Positions 32,254-43,509 of a stretch of 64,000 nucleotides of DNA are shown here, in pieces. This DNA is from an uncultured Alphaproteobacteria bacterium (GTDB taxonomy: Bacteria; Pseudomonadota; Alphaproteobacteria; ATCC43930; CGMCC-115725), in NCBI GenBank assembly GCA_963731145.1, contig CAVSUX010000008.1:12843-76842 (forward strand), in the 5' to 3' direction. Made by a program: the position numbers and the translations under genes. The first letter of the stretch is position 1, and every line of letters starts with the position of its first letter. The notes beneath the pieces are model-generated. The model saw only the letters and a program-made list of their open reading frames with translations. It did not search any database and had not been told where the DNA came from.

Positions 32254-33537
32254 TCAGGCGGCGGCAGGAACCGGCGCGCTCGCGCGTCTGAGCGCGAGCG
32301 CCGCGACGAGGCCGCAGAGCGCGGCGAAGCTCAGCCACACGCCCGGCATCGCGCGATTGTCGGTGATGTGGATGAGATATTCGCTCATCGCCGGCGTGAA
32401 GCCGCCGAAGGTCGCGGTCGCGAGACTATAGGCCAGCGCGAAGCCGGACGTGCGGATCGACTCCGGCATGATCTCGGTCAGGAACACGACCATCGCGCCG
32501 TTGTAGCTGCCATAGAGAAACGAGAGCCACAGCTCGACGGTGAGCAGCCGCGCGAAGGACGGCGCATCGACCAGCCACGCGAGCGCGGGATAGGCGGTCG
32601 CGAGCGTCAGCAACGTGAAGAGGATGAGCAGCGGCCGGCGGCCGATGCGATCGGAGACCGCGCCCATCACCGGCAGCCAGACGAGATTGGAGGCGCCGAC
32701 GCAGAGCGTGACGACGAGGCTCGACGTCGACGAGAGATGCAGCTGCTGCGTGCCGAAGGTCGGCGTGTAGGCCGTGATGAAGTAGAACGACACGGTCGTC
32801 ATCGTCGTCATCATCATGCCGGCGAGCACCAACCGCCAATTCGCCGCGACGCCGCGGAGGATCTCGCCCGCGGTCGCGCGATGGCGGCGTTTCGCGAAAG
32901 CCTCGGTCTCCGTCAGGTTGCGGCGCAGGAGGAAGATCATCGGCACGATGAGGCAGCCGACGAAGAACGGCATGCGCCAGCCCCAGGCGCCGATCGACTC
33001 CGGCGGCAGAGCGAAGCTCAGCCCGACGCCGAGCAGCGCCACCACCATCACCGCGACTTGCTGACTGCCCGATTGCCAGCTGACGTAAAAGCCTTTGTGG
33101 CCTGGCGTCGCCATCTCGCTGAGATAGACCGAGACGCCGCCGAGCTCGACACCGGCGGAGAAGCCCTGCACCAGCCGCCCGACCACGACGAGGATCGGCG
33201 CGAGGATTCCGATCGTCGCATAACCCGGCACGAAAGCGATCAGCGCGACGCCGACCGCCATCAAGCTCAGCGTCAGCAGCAACCCGGCGCGGCGGCCGTG
33301 CTGATCGATATAGGCGCCGAGCACGATCGCGCCCAAGGGCCGCATCAGAAAGCCGACGCCGAAGGTGATCAGCGCCGACATCAGCGAGAGGAATTCGTCG
33401 CCCTTCGGAAAGAAGGTGTCGCCGATGATCTTCGCGTAATAACCGAAGACGAAGAAGTCATACATCTCCAGGAAATTGCCGCTGGAGACGCGAATGACGG
33501 TGCGGATTTTTTCCGCGCGTGCGGACAGCCCGGCCAT
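32254..33537 (-). CDS. MFS transporter, metabolite:H+ symporter (MHS) family
   Basis: Intact 427-aa 12-TM-like ORF. N-terminal motifs ([32 protein letters not shown]) are typical of citrate/tricarballylate/ProP-type symporters. Confidence 0.88.
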   Translation of the reverse strand: MAGLSARAEKIRTVIRVSSGNFLEMYDFFVFGYYAKIIGDTFFPKGDEFLSLMSALITFGVGFLMRPLGAIVLGAYIDQHGRRAGLLLTLSLMAVGVALIAFVPGYATIGILAPILVVVGRLVQGFSAGVELGGVSVYLSEMATPGHKGFYVSWQSGSQQVAVMVVALLGVGLSFALPPESIGAWGWRMPFFVGCLIVPMIFLLRRNLTETEAFAKRRHRATAGEILRGVAANWRLVLAGMMMTTMTTVSFYFITAYTPTFGTQQLHLSSTSSLVVTLCVGASNLVWLPVMGAVSDRIGRRPLLILFTLLTLATAYPALAWLVDAPSFARLLTVELWLSFLYGSYNGAMVVFLTEIMPESIRTSGFALAYSLATATFGGFTPAMSEYLIHITDNRAMPGVWLSFAALCGLVAALALRRASAPVPAAA

Positions 33538-33786
33538 GCGGTCGAGCTTAGCGCGAAATGGCGGTGCAGGTTAGGCGCGGCCGTACGACGGCGACGGAGG
33601 AAGGAGAGGCGGGCCCGGAGACTGTAGCCGCCGGCGAAGCCGGCAACGAAAGTCAGGCCGAGAAACAGGAATGGGTCCATGATCGAACTCGCGCGGTTCC
33701 GGCTCAGACACGAGCAACTGAGCGCGCCGATTTTATGACGATGGCCGGCGGCGTGATTGCGCTTTATTGCCCCAACTATTTTTGGG

Positions 33787-33822
33787 AACAAAAGAAAATG
33801 GGGATGCCGTTGCAGGCACCCC
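33787..33822 (-). terminator. intrinsic terminator downstream of amtB
   Basis: Minus strand GGGGTGCC-TGCAAC-GGCATCCCC followed by ATTTTCTTTTGTT. Confidence 0.7.
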
Positions 33823-33884
33823 CAAGGCTTCTGGAGAAACGATCGGTACTCAGTACTACGCGTTACAACACAACAAACGTCGCC

Positions 33885-35341
33885 TTACTGGACTGTCTCG
33901 CCGTGAAGCGCGAGATCGAGACCGTCTTGCTCGATCTCGGCATCGACCCGCAGACCGACCACGACATCGATGATCTTCAAGAGGATCAGCGACACGATCA
34001 CGTCGTAGACGATGACGATCAGCACGCCTTCGATCTGGTTCAGCACCTGACCGGCATTGCCTTCGATCAGGCCCGAGGTGCCGCCGTATTCGCTGATCGC
34101 GAACACACCGGTGAGGATCGCGCCGGTGGCGCCGCCGATCGCATGCACGCCGAACGCATCGAGCGCGTCGTCGTAGCCGAAGATGTTTTTGACGAAGACC
34201 GCGCCGCAGTAGCAGACCACGCCGGCGGCGACGCCGATGGCGAGCGCACCCGCCGGGCCGACGAAGCCCGAAGCCGGGGTGATCGCGACGAGACCCGCCA
34301 CCGCACCGGAGCAGATGCCGATGACGGTCGGCTTGCGGCGATGGATCCACTCGACGAACATCCAGGTGAGGCCTGCGGTGCGCGGTCGCGATCTGCGTCA
34401 CCGTCATCGCCATGCCGGCCTGCAGACCGGCGGTCACCGCCGAGCCGGCGTTGAAGCCGAACCAGCCGACCCAGAGCAGGCCCGCGCCGATGAAGGTGAG
34501 CACGACGTTATGCGCGGGACCGGTGTCCTTACGCTTGCCCAGCATCAACGCGCACATCAAGCCGGCGACGCCGGAATTGACGTGCACGACGGTGCCGCCG
34601 GCGAAGTCGAGCACCTTCACATAGGCGTCGCTGTTGGCGCTGTTGAGGAAGCCATCCGGTCCCCACACCCAATGCGCGACCGGCGCGTAGACGCAGATCG
34701 CCCACAGGCCGATGAACCACAGCATCGCCGAGAACTTCATGCGTTCGGCGAAGGAGCCGGCGATGAGCGCGGGCGTGATGATCGCGAAGGTGAGCTGGAA
34801 CATCGAATAGACGGTCTCGGGGATCGTCGGCGCCAGCGGATTGGGATTGCCGATGCCGTTGGAGATGTCGCTCAAGATGCCCTGCAGGAAGGCGCGACTG
34901 AGCCCGCCGATGAACGGCGTGCCCGGCGTGAACGACATGCTGTAGGTGCAGACCACGTAGATCACGGTGACGAGGCAGGTGATGGCGAAGCTCGTCATCA
35001 CCGTGTCGCCGACGTTCTTCTTGCGGACCATGCCGCCATAGAAGAGGCCGAGGCCCGGCACGGTCATCATCAGGACGAGTGCCACCGAGGTCAGCATCCA
35101 GGCCGTGTCGCCGGAATTCGGCTGACATTTCTCGAGCACCGCCAGCTTCGGATCGGCGTTACCGTCGCAAGCCGGCGGCGAAGCCGCCGCGGCCGGAGCC
35201 GCCGCTTGATCGGCAGGCGCGGCAGCGGCGGGCGCTGCCGATTGAGCCTGCGCATAAGCCGACGCTGGTGCCGATAACGGCACCGGTGAAGAGCAGCGGC
35301 ACGATCAGCGCTGCAATCGACCAAAACCTGCGGAATCTCAT
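33885..35341 (-). pseudogene. amtB: ammonium transporter, frame switches near 34365 and 35250
   Basis: Signal peptide is in ORF 35159-35410 (ATG 35341). The core is in ORF 33856-35283 (DTAWMLTSVALVLMMTVPGLGLFYGG, FAGGTVVHVNSG). The C-terminal third is in ORF 33885-34361 (DDALDAFGVHAIGGATG). Confidence 0.9.
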
Positions 35342-35405
35342 GACCCACGGACCTCCCGTTTCGAAGAAAATCTGCCGGGCCCCCACCGGACCCCGGGAAT
35401 CTAAG

Positions 35406-35421
35406 AACAAGATTCGTGCCA
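35406..35421 (-). promoter_or_regulatory. weak sigma-54-like element upstream of amtB
   Basis: Minus strand TGGCACGAATCTTGTT: good -24 element, but -12 reads GT rather than GC. It lies 65-80 nt upstream of the start. Confidence 0.25.
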
Positions 35422-35473
35422 GTTGCCCTGCCCCGGGAAATCGCCGGATTCTGCCTTATTTTGTGTGCATTGC

Positions 35474-35489
35474 AGCATCAGTTTGGCCA
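35474..35489 (-). promoter_or_regulatory. alternative sigma-54-like element upstream of amtB
   Basis: Minus strand TGGCCAAACTGATGCT: GG-N10-GC spacing is correct and flanking positions are imperfect. About 135-150 nt upstream of the start. Confidence 0.25.
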
Positions 35490-35989
35490 AAATTAGGCAA
35501 CAGCGTCCCCTCTGCTCAATTTCTGCGCAAAGTTGCTCGCCTATTACGATTCGTCTCGTAGAACGCTCAACCCAATCGGGCGCGACATTTCGACCGCCGA
35601 CGCATCCCAGGATCGGGGCAGGTGTTAAGTCGTTTATGGTCGCTGTCAGCAATGACTATCGCTTCGATCCCGCTGCCACCGCGCGACCGCCGAGTCGGTG
35701 GAGACCTTCCCCTGTGCGATCTGCGGCGCGCCGGCGGTCATCCTCGCCGCGGATGGCGAGACCGGAAAGCCGATCCGCATCTGTGCCGATCATCTGCCGG
35801 CGGAAGCGCGGGCGGTGTATGACCGTTTGCGGGCGCGCGGTTGGCGCGCTCCGGCGCCGCGGGCGCGCGCCCTATTCGATGCGCATCCGCACGGCCAGCG
35901 CGTCGGCCAGCGCATCCAGATGGAGTTCGATTAATACCGTTCTCGATCGTCAGCTTGTTTTCGGCGCCGGCACGTTTCACTCTCGGGCC

Positions 35990-37234
35990 ATGCCGAAGCG
36001 CCCCGAATGTTCAGCAAAATATCCGTACCGAAATAGCCGTGGTCGGCGGCGGGCTGTCCGGCCTGTCGCTGGCGATCGCCTGCGCCGCCGCCGGGATCGA
36101 GATCGCCGTCATCGATCGCGAGGACCCGGCGAAATTCCGCGACGCCGCCTATGACGGCCGCACCACCGCGATCGCCTACGGCTCGCAGCAAGTGCTGAAA
36201 GGCATCGGCGTGTGGGACGCGCTGGCGCCCATGCGCAGCCGATCCGCGAGATCCGCGTCGCCGACGGCGATTCGCCGCTCTTCCTTCATTACGACCGCGC
36301 CGAGATCGACGCCGAGGCGCTCGGCTATATCGTCGAGAACCGCTTGCTGCGCAGCGCGCTGCAGGCCCGCGCCGAGGCGCTGCCGAGCCTCACGCTCCAC
36401 GCGCCGCGCGCGGTCGAGCAGGTCGAGTTCGACACCGCGCAGGCGCGGCTGACGCTTGAGCGATGGCCGTCGCGTCGCCGCGTCGCTCGTGGTCGGCGCC
36501 GATGGCCGCAACTCGCCGATGCGCGAAGCCGCCGGCATCAAGACCTGGCGCAAATCCTATCGCCAGATCGCGATCGTCTGCGTCGTGCGGCACGAGAAGC
36601 CGCATAACGGCGTCGCGGTCGAGCATTTCCGCGCTGCCGGGCCGTTCGCGATTCTGCCGATGCACCGAAGATGGCAATCGCTCCTCGATCGTCTGGACCG
36701 AGGAAGAGCACGATGCACCGTCCTTGCTCGCGCTCGACGACAAGGATTTCGCGCGCCAGCTCGCCAGCCGCTTCGGCGATTTTCTGGGGCGTGTCGAGCC
36801 CGAGCCCGGCCGCTGGTCCTATCCGCTGTCGCTGATCCAGGCCGAGCGCTATGCCGCGCCGCGCCTCGCGCTGATCGGCGATGCCGCGCATGTCATCCAT
36901 CCGATCGCCGGGCAGGGCTGGAATCTCGGCGTGCGCGATATCGCGGCGCTGGCCGAGCTCTTCGTCGATGCGCATCGCCTCGGCCTCGATCTCGGCAGCA
37001 GCGAATTGCTGCGCCGCTACGAGCGCTGGCGGCGTTTCGACAGTCTGACGCTGACGACGGTGACCGACGGGCTCAACCGGTTGTTTTCGAACGAGGCTCC
37101 GCCTCTGAAATTGGCCCGCGACATCGGCCTCGCCGCGGTCAATAACGCGCCGGGCCTCAAACGCTTCTTCATGCGCCACGCGATGGGCGTGACCGGCGAC
37201 CTGCCGCGTCTGGTGAAGGGCGAGACGTCTTTAG
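35990..37234 (+). pseudogene. UbiH/UbiF/VisC/COQ6-family FAD-dependent ubiquinone hydroxylase, at least 4 frame switches
   Basis: FAD fingerprint IAVVGGGLSGLSLA (ORF 35841-36452), LVVGADGRNSPMRE (ORF 36456-37145), LIGDAAHVIHPIAGQGWNLGVRD (ORF 36463-37317). Start and stop are approximate. Confidence 0.85.
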
Positions 37235-37257
37235 CGAACCGCCATCCAATTATCGCC

Positions 37258-37314
37258 ATGCCCGCGAAAGCGGGCATCCCGATGTGCAGTCCTGGACTCC
37301 CGCTTTCGCGGGAG
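37258..37314. repeat. REP-like double hairpin
   Basis: ATGCCCGC-GAAA-GCGGGCAT (37258-37277) and CTCCCGC-TTTC-GCGGGAG (37297-37314). This is the GCGAAAGC-type palindromic unit common in Rhizobiales intergenic DNA. Confidence 0.7.
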
Positions 37315-37343
37315 TGACGAGAGGGAGTCAGGGCCAAGGACGC

Positions 37344-38344
37344 TCAATAAAACGCCATCGTCTCCGGCCCGATATGGGTCTTGCACGGCGCGATCGAGCT
37401 TCATCGCGCCGAGATCGATCGCCGAGATCGTGCCTTCGTCGTGATTGGTGACGAAGGCGTGTTTCATGTCGGCGCCGAAGGCGATGCCCATCGGGCCTTT
37501 CTCGAGCTTGAAGAGATGCTGGCGCGCCGGATCCTCGGTGTCGATCACCGCCGCGACGCGCGATTGATTGAACGAGACGACGAGATAGCGATTGTCGGGG
37601 CTGACGCGCAGCCGATTGAGCTGCGGCGGGAAATCGTCGCCGCAGCCCTTCGATCTTGAACTTGCCGGCGACCGTGTCGCTGACCGGATCGATGATGCTG
37701 ATCTCGGGCCGCGCCGATGAGGCCTGATAGACGCGGTTGCCGTCGGGCGCGGTGCAGACGCCCTGGCATTCGTAGCGGAAATCGGGAATGCGCTTCGTCA
37801 CCTGCTTCGTCGCCGTGTCGATCACCGACATGAAGGAAAGCTGGCGATGCGGCACATAGATCTTCGAGCCGTCGGCATTCGCCGCCATGAAATGCGAGCG
37901 GTTGGTGCCGGTCTCGACATGGCCCAGAACGACGCCGCGCGCCGGATCGATATAGACGAGCGCGTGGCTCGATTCCGCCGTCGCCCAGAGCAGCCCGGCC
38001 TTGTCGAACATCATCGCATGCGGCGCGAGGAAGGGCGCGACCTCGATGAAGCCGTCGAGCTTCTTGCCCGCGATATCGAGCACCGCGATGCGCGTGCCCG
38101 GCTCGGTATTGGTGCCGACCTGGCCGTTGCCGTAGATCGAGACATAGGCCTTCTTGCGATCGGGCGAGAGCACGACCTCATGCGGGAAGTCGGGCAGCTT
38201 GATCTCTTCCTGCAGCGCGAAAGTCTTGCCGTCATGGAATTCGACGAAGCCGTCGCGCTTGCAGACGACGATAAGGCCGGTGGTGCCGAGCGAATGATTG
38301 ATGTCGCTGCCGGGCTGGGTGCGGGTGGCGGGCGGGAAAGTCAT
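37344..38344 (-). pseudogene. beta-propeller repeat protein (YVTN/YncE-like), at least 2 frame switches
   Basis: Repeated ...YV....G.V.VID-type blades are in ORF 37328-38344, continuing in ORF 37231-37548. The likely end GPETMAFY* is in a third frame. No signal peptide is evident. Confidence 0.55.
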
Positions 38345-38448
38345 GCATTCTCCTTATTGATAAGCGCAGCACAGGCGAGGACCGAATCTTTAGGTCCGAG
38401 CCGGCGTGCGAAGCCACTTTTAAATTTGCTTCGCAAGACGGAGGCGTC

Positions 38449-39476
38449 CTAAGACCCGGACGCCTCCTTTGCTACGATCGCAGCACCGGCGGCCAACGCA
38501 GCCAGCTTGCCGACCGCGACATTATGGTCGAGCGGCGCCATGCCGCAATTGGTCGACGCCTCGAGCCGATCGAGCGGCACATAAGCGAGCGCGCGGCGCA
38601 ACGCCGCGGCGACCTCTTCCGGCGTCTCGATGCGGTCGGTCGCGACATCGATCGCGCCGAGCGCGACCTGCTTATCGCCGAGCAGTTTCAAAAGCTCCAG
38701 CGGCACGCGCGAATTGATGCATTCGAGCGAGACCTGATCGATCTTGCTCTTGGCGAGCGCAGGGAAGATCGCCTCATATTGCCGCCATTCGCTGCCGAGC
38801 GAATTCTTCCAATCGATATTCGCTTTGATGCCATAGCCGTAGCAGATATGGACCGAGGTCCGGCATTGCAGGTCCTGCGCCGCGCGCTCCAGCGCTTTGA
38901 CGCCCCATTCCTTCGCCGCGTCGCCATAGACGTTGAAGGCGGGCTCGTCGAACTGGATGCACATCGACGCCGATCGCATCGAGCTCGCGCGCTTCTTCGT
39001 TGAGAAGTTCGGCGAAACGCATCGCCATCGCGGCGCGATCGGGATAGTGCTCATTGGCGATCGTATCGATGATCGTCATCGGCCCGGGCAGGGTGAATTT
39101 CAGCTTGCGTTTGGTATGCGCGCGGGCAAGCGTCGCTTCGGTGCGATGAACCGCTCGCGTGACGCGACAGCGGCCCGGTCACCGTCGGGCATTCGGCGAT
39201 ATAGCGATCGGCGCGGATGCCCATGCTTGACGCGCTTGCCGAAATCGATGCCGTCGATCTGCGCGAGGAAGCCATGGACGAAATGCTGCCGCGACTGCTC
39301 GCCATCGGTGACGATGTCGATGCCGGCGTCTTCCTGTTCTTTCAAGGCAAGCAACGTCGCGTCGCGCTTCGCTTCGGCGAGCGCGTCGCCTTGTTGCGCC
39401 CAAGGCGCCCAAAGCATTTCGGCTTCGCCAGCCAGAACGGCTTCGGCAGGCTGCCCGCGGTCGATGTCTCGAGCAT
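38449..39476 (-). pseudogene. cobalamin-independent methionine synthase II (MetE C-terminal-like) family protein, at least 3 frame switches
   Basis: MLETSTAGSLPKP..., IDIVTDGEQSRQHF, IQFDEPAF, SVHICYGY and a C-terminal NCGMAP are spread over ORFs 39100-39417, 38774-39079 and 38449-39054. Confidence 0.8.
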
Positions 39477-39504
39477 CGCTCCGATCCTCCCTTTTCCGGG
39501 GAGG

Positions 39505-39570
39505 CTAGACCATGATCGGGTGAGACGGAATCGAAAAATCGATTCCGTCTCGCCCGTAAATCATGGTCTA
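39505..39570. repeat. long palindromic repeat element, copy A
   Basis: CTAGACCATGATCGGGTGAGACGGAATCGA-AAAA-TCGATTCCGTCTCGCCCGTAAATCATGGTCTA. Confidence 0.65.
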
Positions 39571-39582
39571 AATTTTTGAATC

Positions 39583-39647
39583 GAGAAGCACGATTCACGT
39601 TTCGAAAAGAAGCGAGGCCGCTTCTTTTCGAAACGATCGTGCTCTAG
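39583..39647. repeat. second long palindromic element, adjacent to copy A
   Basis: GAGAAGCACGATTCACGTTTCGAAAAGAAGCG-AGGC-CGCTTCTTTTCGAAACGATCGTGCTCTAG. It overlaps the stop codon of the DUF971 gene. Confidence 0.6.
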
Positions 39648-40014
39648 CGCGTCAGTCCCGCTTTCGCGAGGTCTTCGAGGTAGCGCGCCCAGCGGCTTTC
39701 GTGCTCGCGGCCGAGTTGATGGAGATAGGTCCAGGAATAGATGCCGGTATCGTGCCCATCGTCGAAGATGAGGCGCACGGCGTAATGTCCCACCGGCTCG
39801 ATCCGTGGCGATCCCGACACCGGCCTTGCCGCCGACTGTCTGCTTCTGGCCCGGCCCATGGCCCTGGACCTCGGCCGACGGGCTTTCGACGCGCAGATAT
39901 TCCGCCGGCAGTACGAAGCTGATGCCGTCGTCGAAGGTGATCGTCGAGACGTCTCTCGGCGCGTTTCAGCCGCAGCTCGGTCGGCCAACGCGTTGTGCCG
40001 GCGCGATCGGTCAC
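39644..40014 (-). pseudogene. DUF971 (gamma-butyrobetaine hydroxylase-like N-terminal domain) protein, at least 2 frame switches
   Basis: RWPTELRL is in ORF 39652-40101. IEPVGHYAVRLIFDDGHDTGIYSWTYL is in ORF 39644-39988. The GTG start at 40014 is tentative. Confidence 0.65.
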
Positions 40015-40025
40015 GGTTTCCCGCG

Positions 40026-40080
40026 CTAGACCATGATCGAACCGACCGGATCGCTTTGAAGCAATCCGCTCAGTTTTTTC
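40026..40080. repeat. repeat sharing the CTAGACCATGATCG head with copy A
   Basis: CTAGACCATGATCGAACCGACCGGATCGCTTTGAAGCAATCCGCTCAG. The first 14 nt are identical to 39505-39518. Confidence 0.55.
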
Positions 40081-40351
40081 TGATGGGGGGCAAGAGTTCA
40101 CGCACGGGATCGAAACCTACTATTTCAGATCCCGTGCGATCTTGCCCCAGTGCCGCTTTTTCCTCATCGTCGAGGCTGCGCGCTTCTTCGACCAGCATGA
40201 TCGGGATGCCGTCGCGGATCGGATAGGCGAGCCCGGCTTGCGCGCTCACGAGTTCTTGCCGCGCGCGATCATAGGTGAGCGGGCTTTTGGTCAGCGGACA
40301 GACCAAAATCTCGAGCAGCTTGCGGTCGATTTCGCCCGCCGGATCGGCCAT
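40070..40351 (-). CDS. Trm112 / UPF0434 family protein
   Basis: [14 protein letters not shown]...[19 protein letters not shown] is typical. The C-terminal tail is longer than usual and may be read-through into the repeat. Confidence 0.75.
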   Translation of the reverse strand: MADPAGEIDRKLLEILVCPLTKSPLTYDRARQELVSAQAGLAYPIRDGIPIMLVEEARSLDDEEKAALGQDRTGSEIVGFDPVRELLPPIRKN

Positions 40352-40363
40352 TTGTCTTGCTCC

Positions 40364-41018
40364 TTAATTCCTGGCGCCGCCGGTCGGCGTGACGCTCGAG
40401 GCGACCGACATTTCGACGAGGGCCGTGAGGATGCCGGCGCGATCGCGCGTCGTCACCGCTTCGAGCAGCGCCTGGCGCTCGCGCGGCGTGAACGGGCACG
40501 CCATCGCCAGCGAATTGACGAGATGCTCGATCGGCGCCGAGGTGAGGATTTCGGAATCGGCGTTGATGCCGTGGCGATCGAAGAACGGCTTCAGCGCCGC
40601 GACCATGCGGTCGCGATCGACGTCTTTGTCGTCTTCGAGAAGATCGCCACGCCAACGCTGCCAATCCGGCGTCACGAGGCGGAAGAGATTGGTGCGCGGC
40701 GGCTCCGTCGGCGATGTCGAAGCGCGCGACGCCTTTCAGCGTGACCAGAAAGCGGCCGTCTTCCGTCTCGCCGAATTCGACGATGCGGCCGGCGCAGCCG
40801 GTCTTGTAGACCGCCGGATCGCCGGCATCGCCCGCTCCTTCCTGCGGCTGGATCATGCCGATCATGCGATCATGCGCCAGCGCATAGAGTGTCATCGCGA
40901 GGTAGCGCGGCTCGAAAATATTGAGCGGCAGCCGGCCGCGCGGCAGCAGCAGCACGCCCGTCAGCGGAAAGATCGGCAGGAGCCGCGGCAGCTCGTCGAA
41001 GCGCGGCTCGAAGCTCAT
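40364..41018 (-). pseudogene. LON peptidase N-terminal substrate-binding domain protein, frame switch near 40700
   Basis: LPIFPLTGVLLLPRGRLPLNIFEPRY is in ORF 40269-41363 (internal ATG 41018). The C-terminal half is in ORF 40364-40675. Confidence 0.75.
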
Positions 41019-41031
41019 GCGAAACGGCCTC

Positions 41032-41950
41032 TCATGAGAACAGAATCGTGGAGAGGCGCTTGCGCGCCTGCACGGTGAGCGGATCGGCGAGCCCGATCGC
41101 CTCGAAGAATTTGACGAGCTGCTTGCGCGCCGCCTGCTCGTTCCATTCGCGGTCGCGGCGCACGAGATCGAGAAGCTGATCGATCGCCTGCTCGCGATCG
41201 CCCGAGGCAAAGAGCGCCGAGGCGAGATCGAGCCGCGCCTGATGATCCTTCGGATCTTTCTCGAGCCGCGCCTGCAGCTCGTCGATCGCACCGGCGGCCT
41301 TGGCGCCTTCCTGCGCCAGCTCGAGGCCGGTGCGCGCGGCGGCGACATCGGCGTGATTGGCATGCTCGGCCGGGATCTTGGCGAGAATCTCGGCGGCCTG
41401 TTTCAGGTCCTTCTTGTTGATGCGCGATCTTGGCGAGGCCCGCCATCGCGTCGACATTGCCGGGATCGTGCTCGACGACCTGCGCGAAAATATCGGCGGC
41501 GCGCGGCTCGTCGCCGGCGGCAAGGGCTTCCTTGGCGAGCGCCACGGCTTCGGCGATCGGCGAGGCGCCCGGCGCCGCGGTCGCCGCGAGCTTGGCGACG
41601 AATTGCTTCACCTGGCTTTCGGGAATGGCGCCTTGGAAAGCGTCGACCGGCCGGCCGTCGCGGAAGGCATAGACCGTCGGAATCGACTGGATGCGCATCT
41701 GCGCCGCCAGCTCTTTATTCTGGTCGACGTCGATCTTGACCATGCGCACGGCGCCTTTGGCCTCGCGCACGGCCTTTTCCAGCGCCGGGCCGAGCTGCTT
41801 GCAGGGACCGCACCATTCCGCCCAGAAATCGACGATGACCGCGACGTCATGCGACGCGTCGATCACGTCGGCCATGAAGGTCTCGGTCGAGCTGTTCTTA
41901 ATGAGGTTGGGGTCGGCCCCGGGAGCCGCGCCGCCGATGATCGCTTCCAT
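41032..41950 (-). pseudogene. thioredoxin-domain plus TPR co-chaperone (YbbN-like), frame switch near 41430
   Basis: Thioredoxin motif FWAEWCGPCK is in ORF 41015-41950. The TPR-like C-terminal half (…ARLDLASALFASGDREQAIDQLL…) is in ORF 41032-41523. Confidence 0.85.
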
Positions 41951-42108
41951 GTGGTGTGCTTGGTTTCCTTGGAGACCCCCTAAAAATGGCGGCGCCGGGA
42001 GGTTTAGGCAAGGGCGGCCGCCCCGTTATTGTCGCCCGATCCGCCAACCTGCGGTGCTCCGGTAATTGAAAACGAATGCTCAGGCCCCTAATATCCGCCC
42101 CCTTGGAT

Positions 42109-42183
42109 GCGGGCGTAGCTCAGGGGTAGAGCACAACCTTGCCAAGGTTGGGGTCGAGGGTTCGAATCCCTTCGCCCGCTCCA
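42109..42183 (+). tRNA. tRNA-Gly (anticodon GCC)
   Basis: GCGGGCG acceptor pairs with CGCCCGC. D arm GCTC/GAGC. Anticodon stem CAACC/GGTTG with loop TTGCCAA (GCC at 42141-42143). T arm GAGGG-TTCGAAT-CCCTT. Encoded CCA. Confidence 0.95.
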
Positions 42184-42206
42184 GATTTTCCTCCCCAAAA
42201 CTTTCG

Positions 42207-43480
42207 TCAGGCGGCTTCGTCCGGGCCGTGGCCGGCATCGGCCGGTGGCGCCGGCTCCCAGCCGAAGACGCTGCGGCCGCCGTAGTCATGCGAGCGCTGA
42301 AACTCTTCCGCGATATGCGCCGGCAGCGACGGGCCGGTCGCGACGCGCTCGAGCCGGCGCGCTTGCGCATCGAGCCGCTTCAGAGCGCGCCGAGCCGCTC
42401 GTCATTGCCGAGCTTTGCCTGGTTCACCGCGGCTTTCAGCACCGCGATGGTCTGGTCATAGACCTTGGTCGGCACCGGATAGGGATGGCGGTCCTTGCCG
42501 CCATGCGCCAGCGAGAAGCGCGCCGGATCGGCGAAGCGGCAGGGCGCGCCATGCACGACCTCCGCCACCATCGCGAGCGAGCGCACCGTGCGCGCGCCGA
42601 CGCCCGGCACCAGCAGCAGCTCGGCGAAATCCTCGGGACCGCGATCGGCCGCGGCGGCGAGCGCGCCGTGCAGGCGGCGCATGATCACATCGCCCGGCCG
42701 CACATCGTGATGCGCCGGCATGACGAGATGCGGCAGCAGCGGCAATTCGGGCGGCGCGGCTTCGATCGCTCTGCCTTCGATACGCGCGATTTCGTCGACG
42801 ACGCGATCGGGACCGAGATCGCGCAGCAGATCGAGCTGCTTCGCGCGCGAATTCGCGGCGCGATGATCGGTGAGGTTGACGATCGTGCCCTGATTCTCGC
42901 CATCGATCGCGGCGTGCGGCGCATCGACGAAGCTGGCGAGGCCTTCCGATTGCCAGTGATAGCGGCGCGCCGTGCGCGTGTCGCCATTCATGCCCTGCTG
43001 CACCACGACCCATTTCGCGTCGTCGGCGACGATGAAGCCGTGGAGATAAAGATCGAAGCCGTCCTGCACCGCGGCGCTGTCGACCTTGGCGACGAGACGG
43101 CTGGCTTTGGCGAGCGCATCGCCGTCGAAGCCGATGCGCTGGCCGATGGCGACCAGCTCATGCGGCGTCTGCCGCGAATGCGCGCCGCGGCCGCCGCAGA
43201 CATGCAGCCCGAGCTCGCCCGAGAGCGGCGCGAGGCCGCGCTTCAGCGCGCCGATGACGCTGGTGGTGATGCCGGAGGAATGCCAGTCCATCCCCATCAC
43301 CGCGCCGAAGGACTGGAACCAGAAGGGATGGGCAAGGCGCGCGAGGAACTCGTCGCGGCCGTAATGGAGGATGATCGCCTCGGCGATGACCGCGCCGAGC
43401 TTCGCCATGCGCTGCGCCAGCCAGGCCGGCACGCGGCCGTTGTGAAGAGGCAGATCGGCGCTTCCGGCGCGACGGGCCAC
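42207..43480 (-). pseudogene. DUF763 domain protein, frame switch near 42380
   Basis: The 366-aa ORF 42380-43480 (FWFQSFGAVMGMDWHSSGITT...) continues in another frame to a stop at 42207. The DUF763 assignment is from memory. Confidence 0.65.
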
Positions 43481-43509
43481 GGCTTCTCCTAGAACGAAGG
43501 AGGAACATT

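Noticed and set aside
33540-33680. Small hydrophobic ORF (MDPFLFLGLTFVAGFAGGYSL...) just upstream of, and overlapping, the MFS transporter start.
   Set aside because: Only about 20 residues look protein-like before the frame runs into the transporter gene. It is possibly a real mini-protein but is unsupported here.
35698-35934. 78-aa GTG-initiated ORF with Cys pairs (FPCAICG...ICADH) between amtB and the UbiH-like gene.
   Set aside because: There is no clear ribosome-binding site, and the second half is Arg/Ala-rich like the surrounding non-coding frames. It cannot be distinguished from chance in a sequence with this many indels.
39477-39643. A SAM or cobalamin riboswitch upstream of the methionine-synthase-like gene.
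   Set aside because: The leader is fully occupied by two long palindromic repeat elements, and I recognised no conserved riboswitch core.
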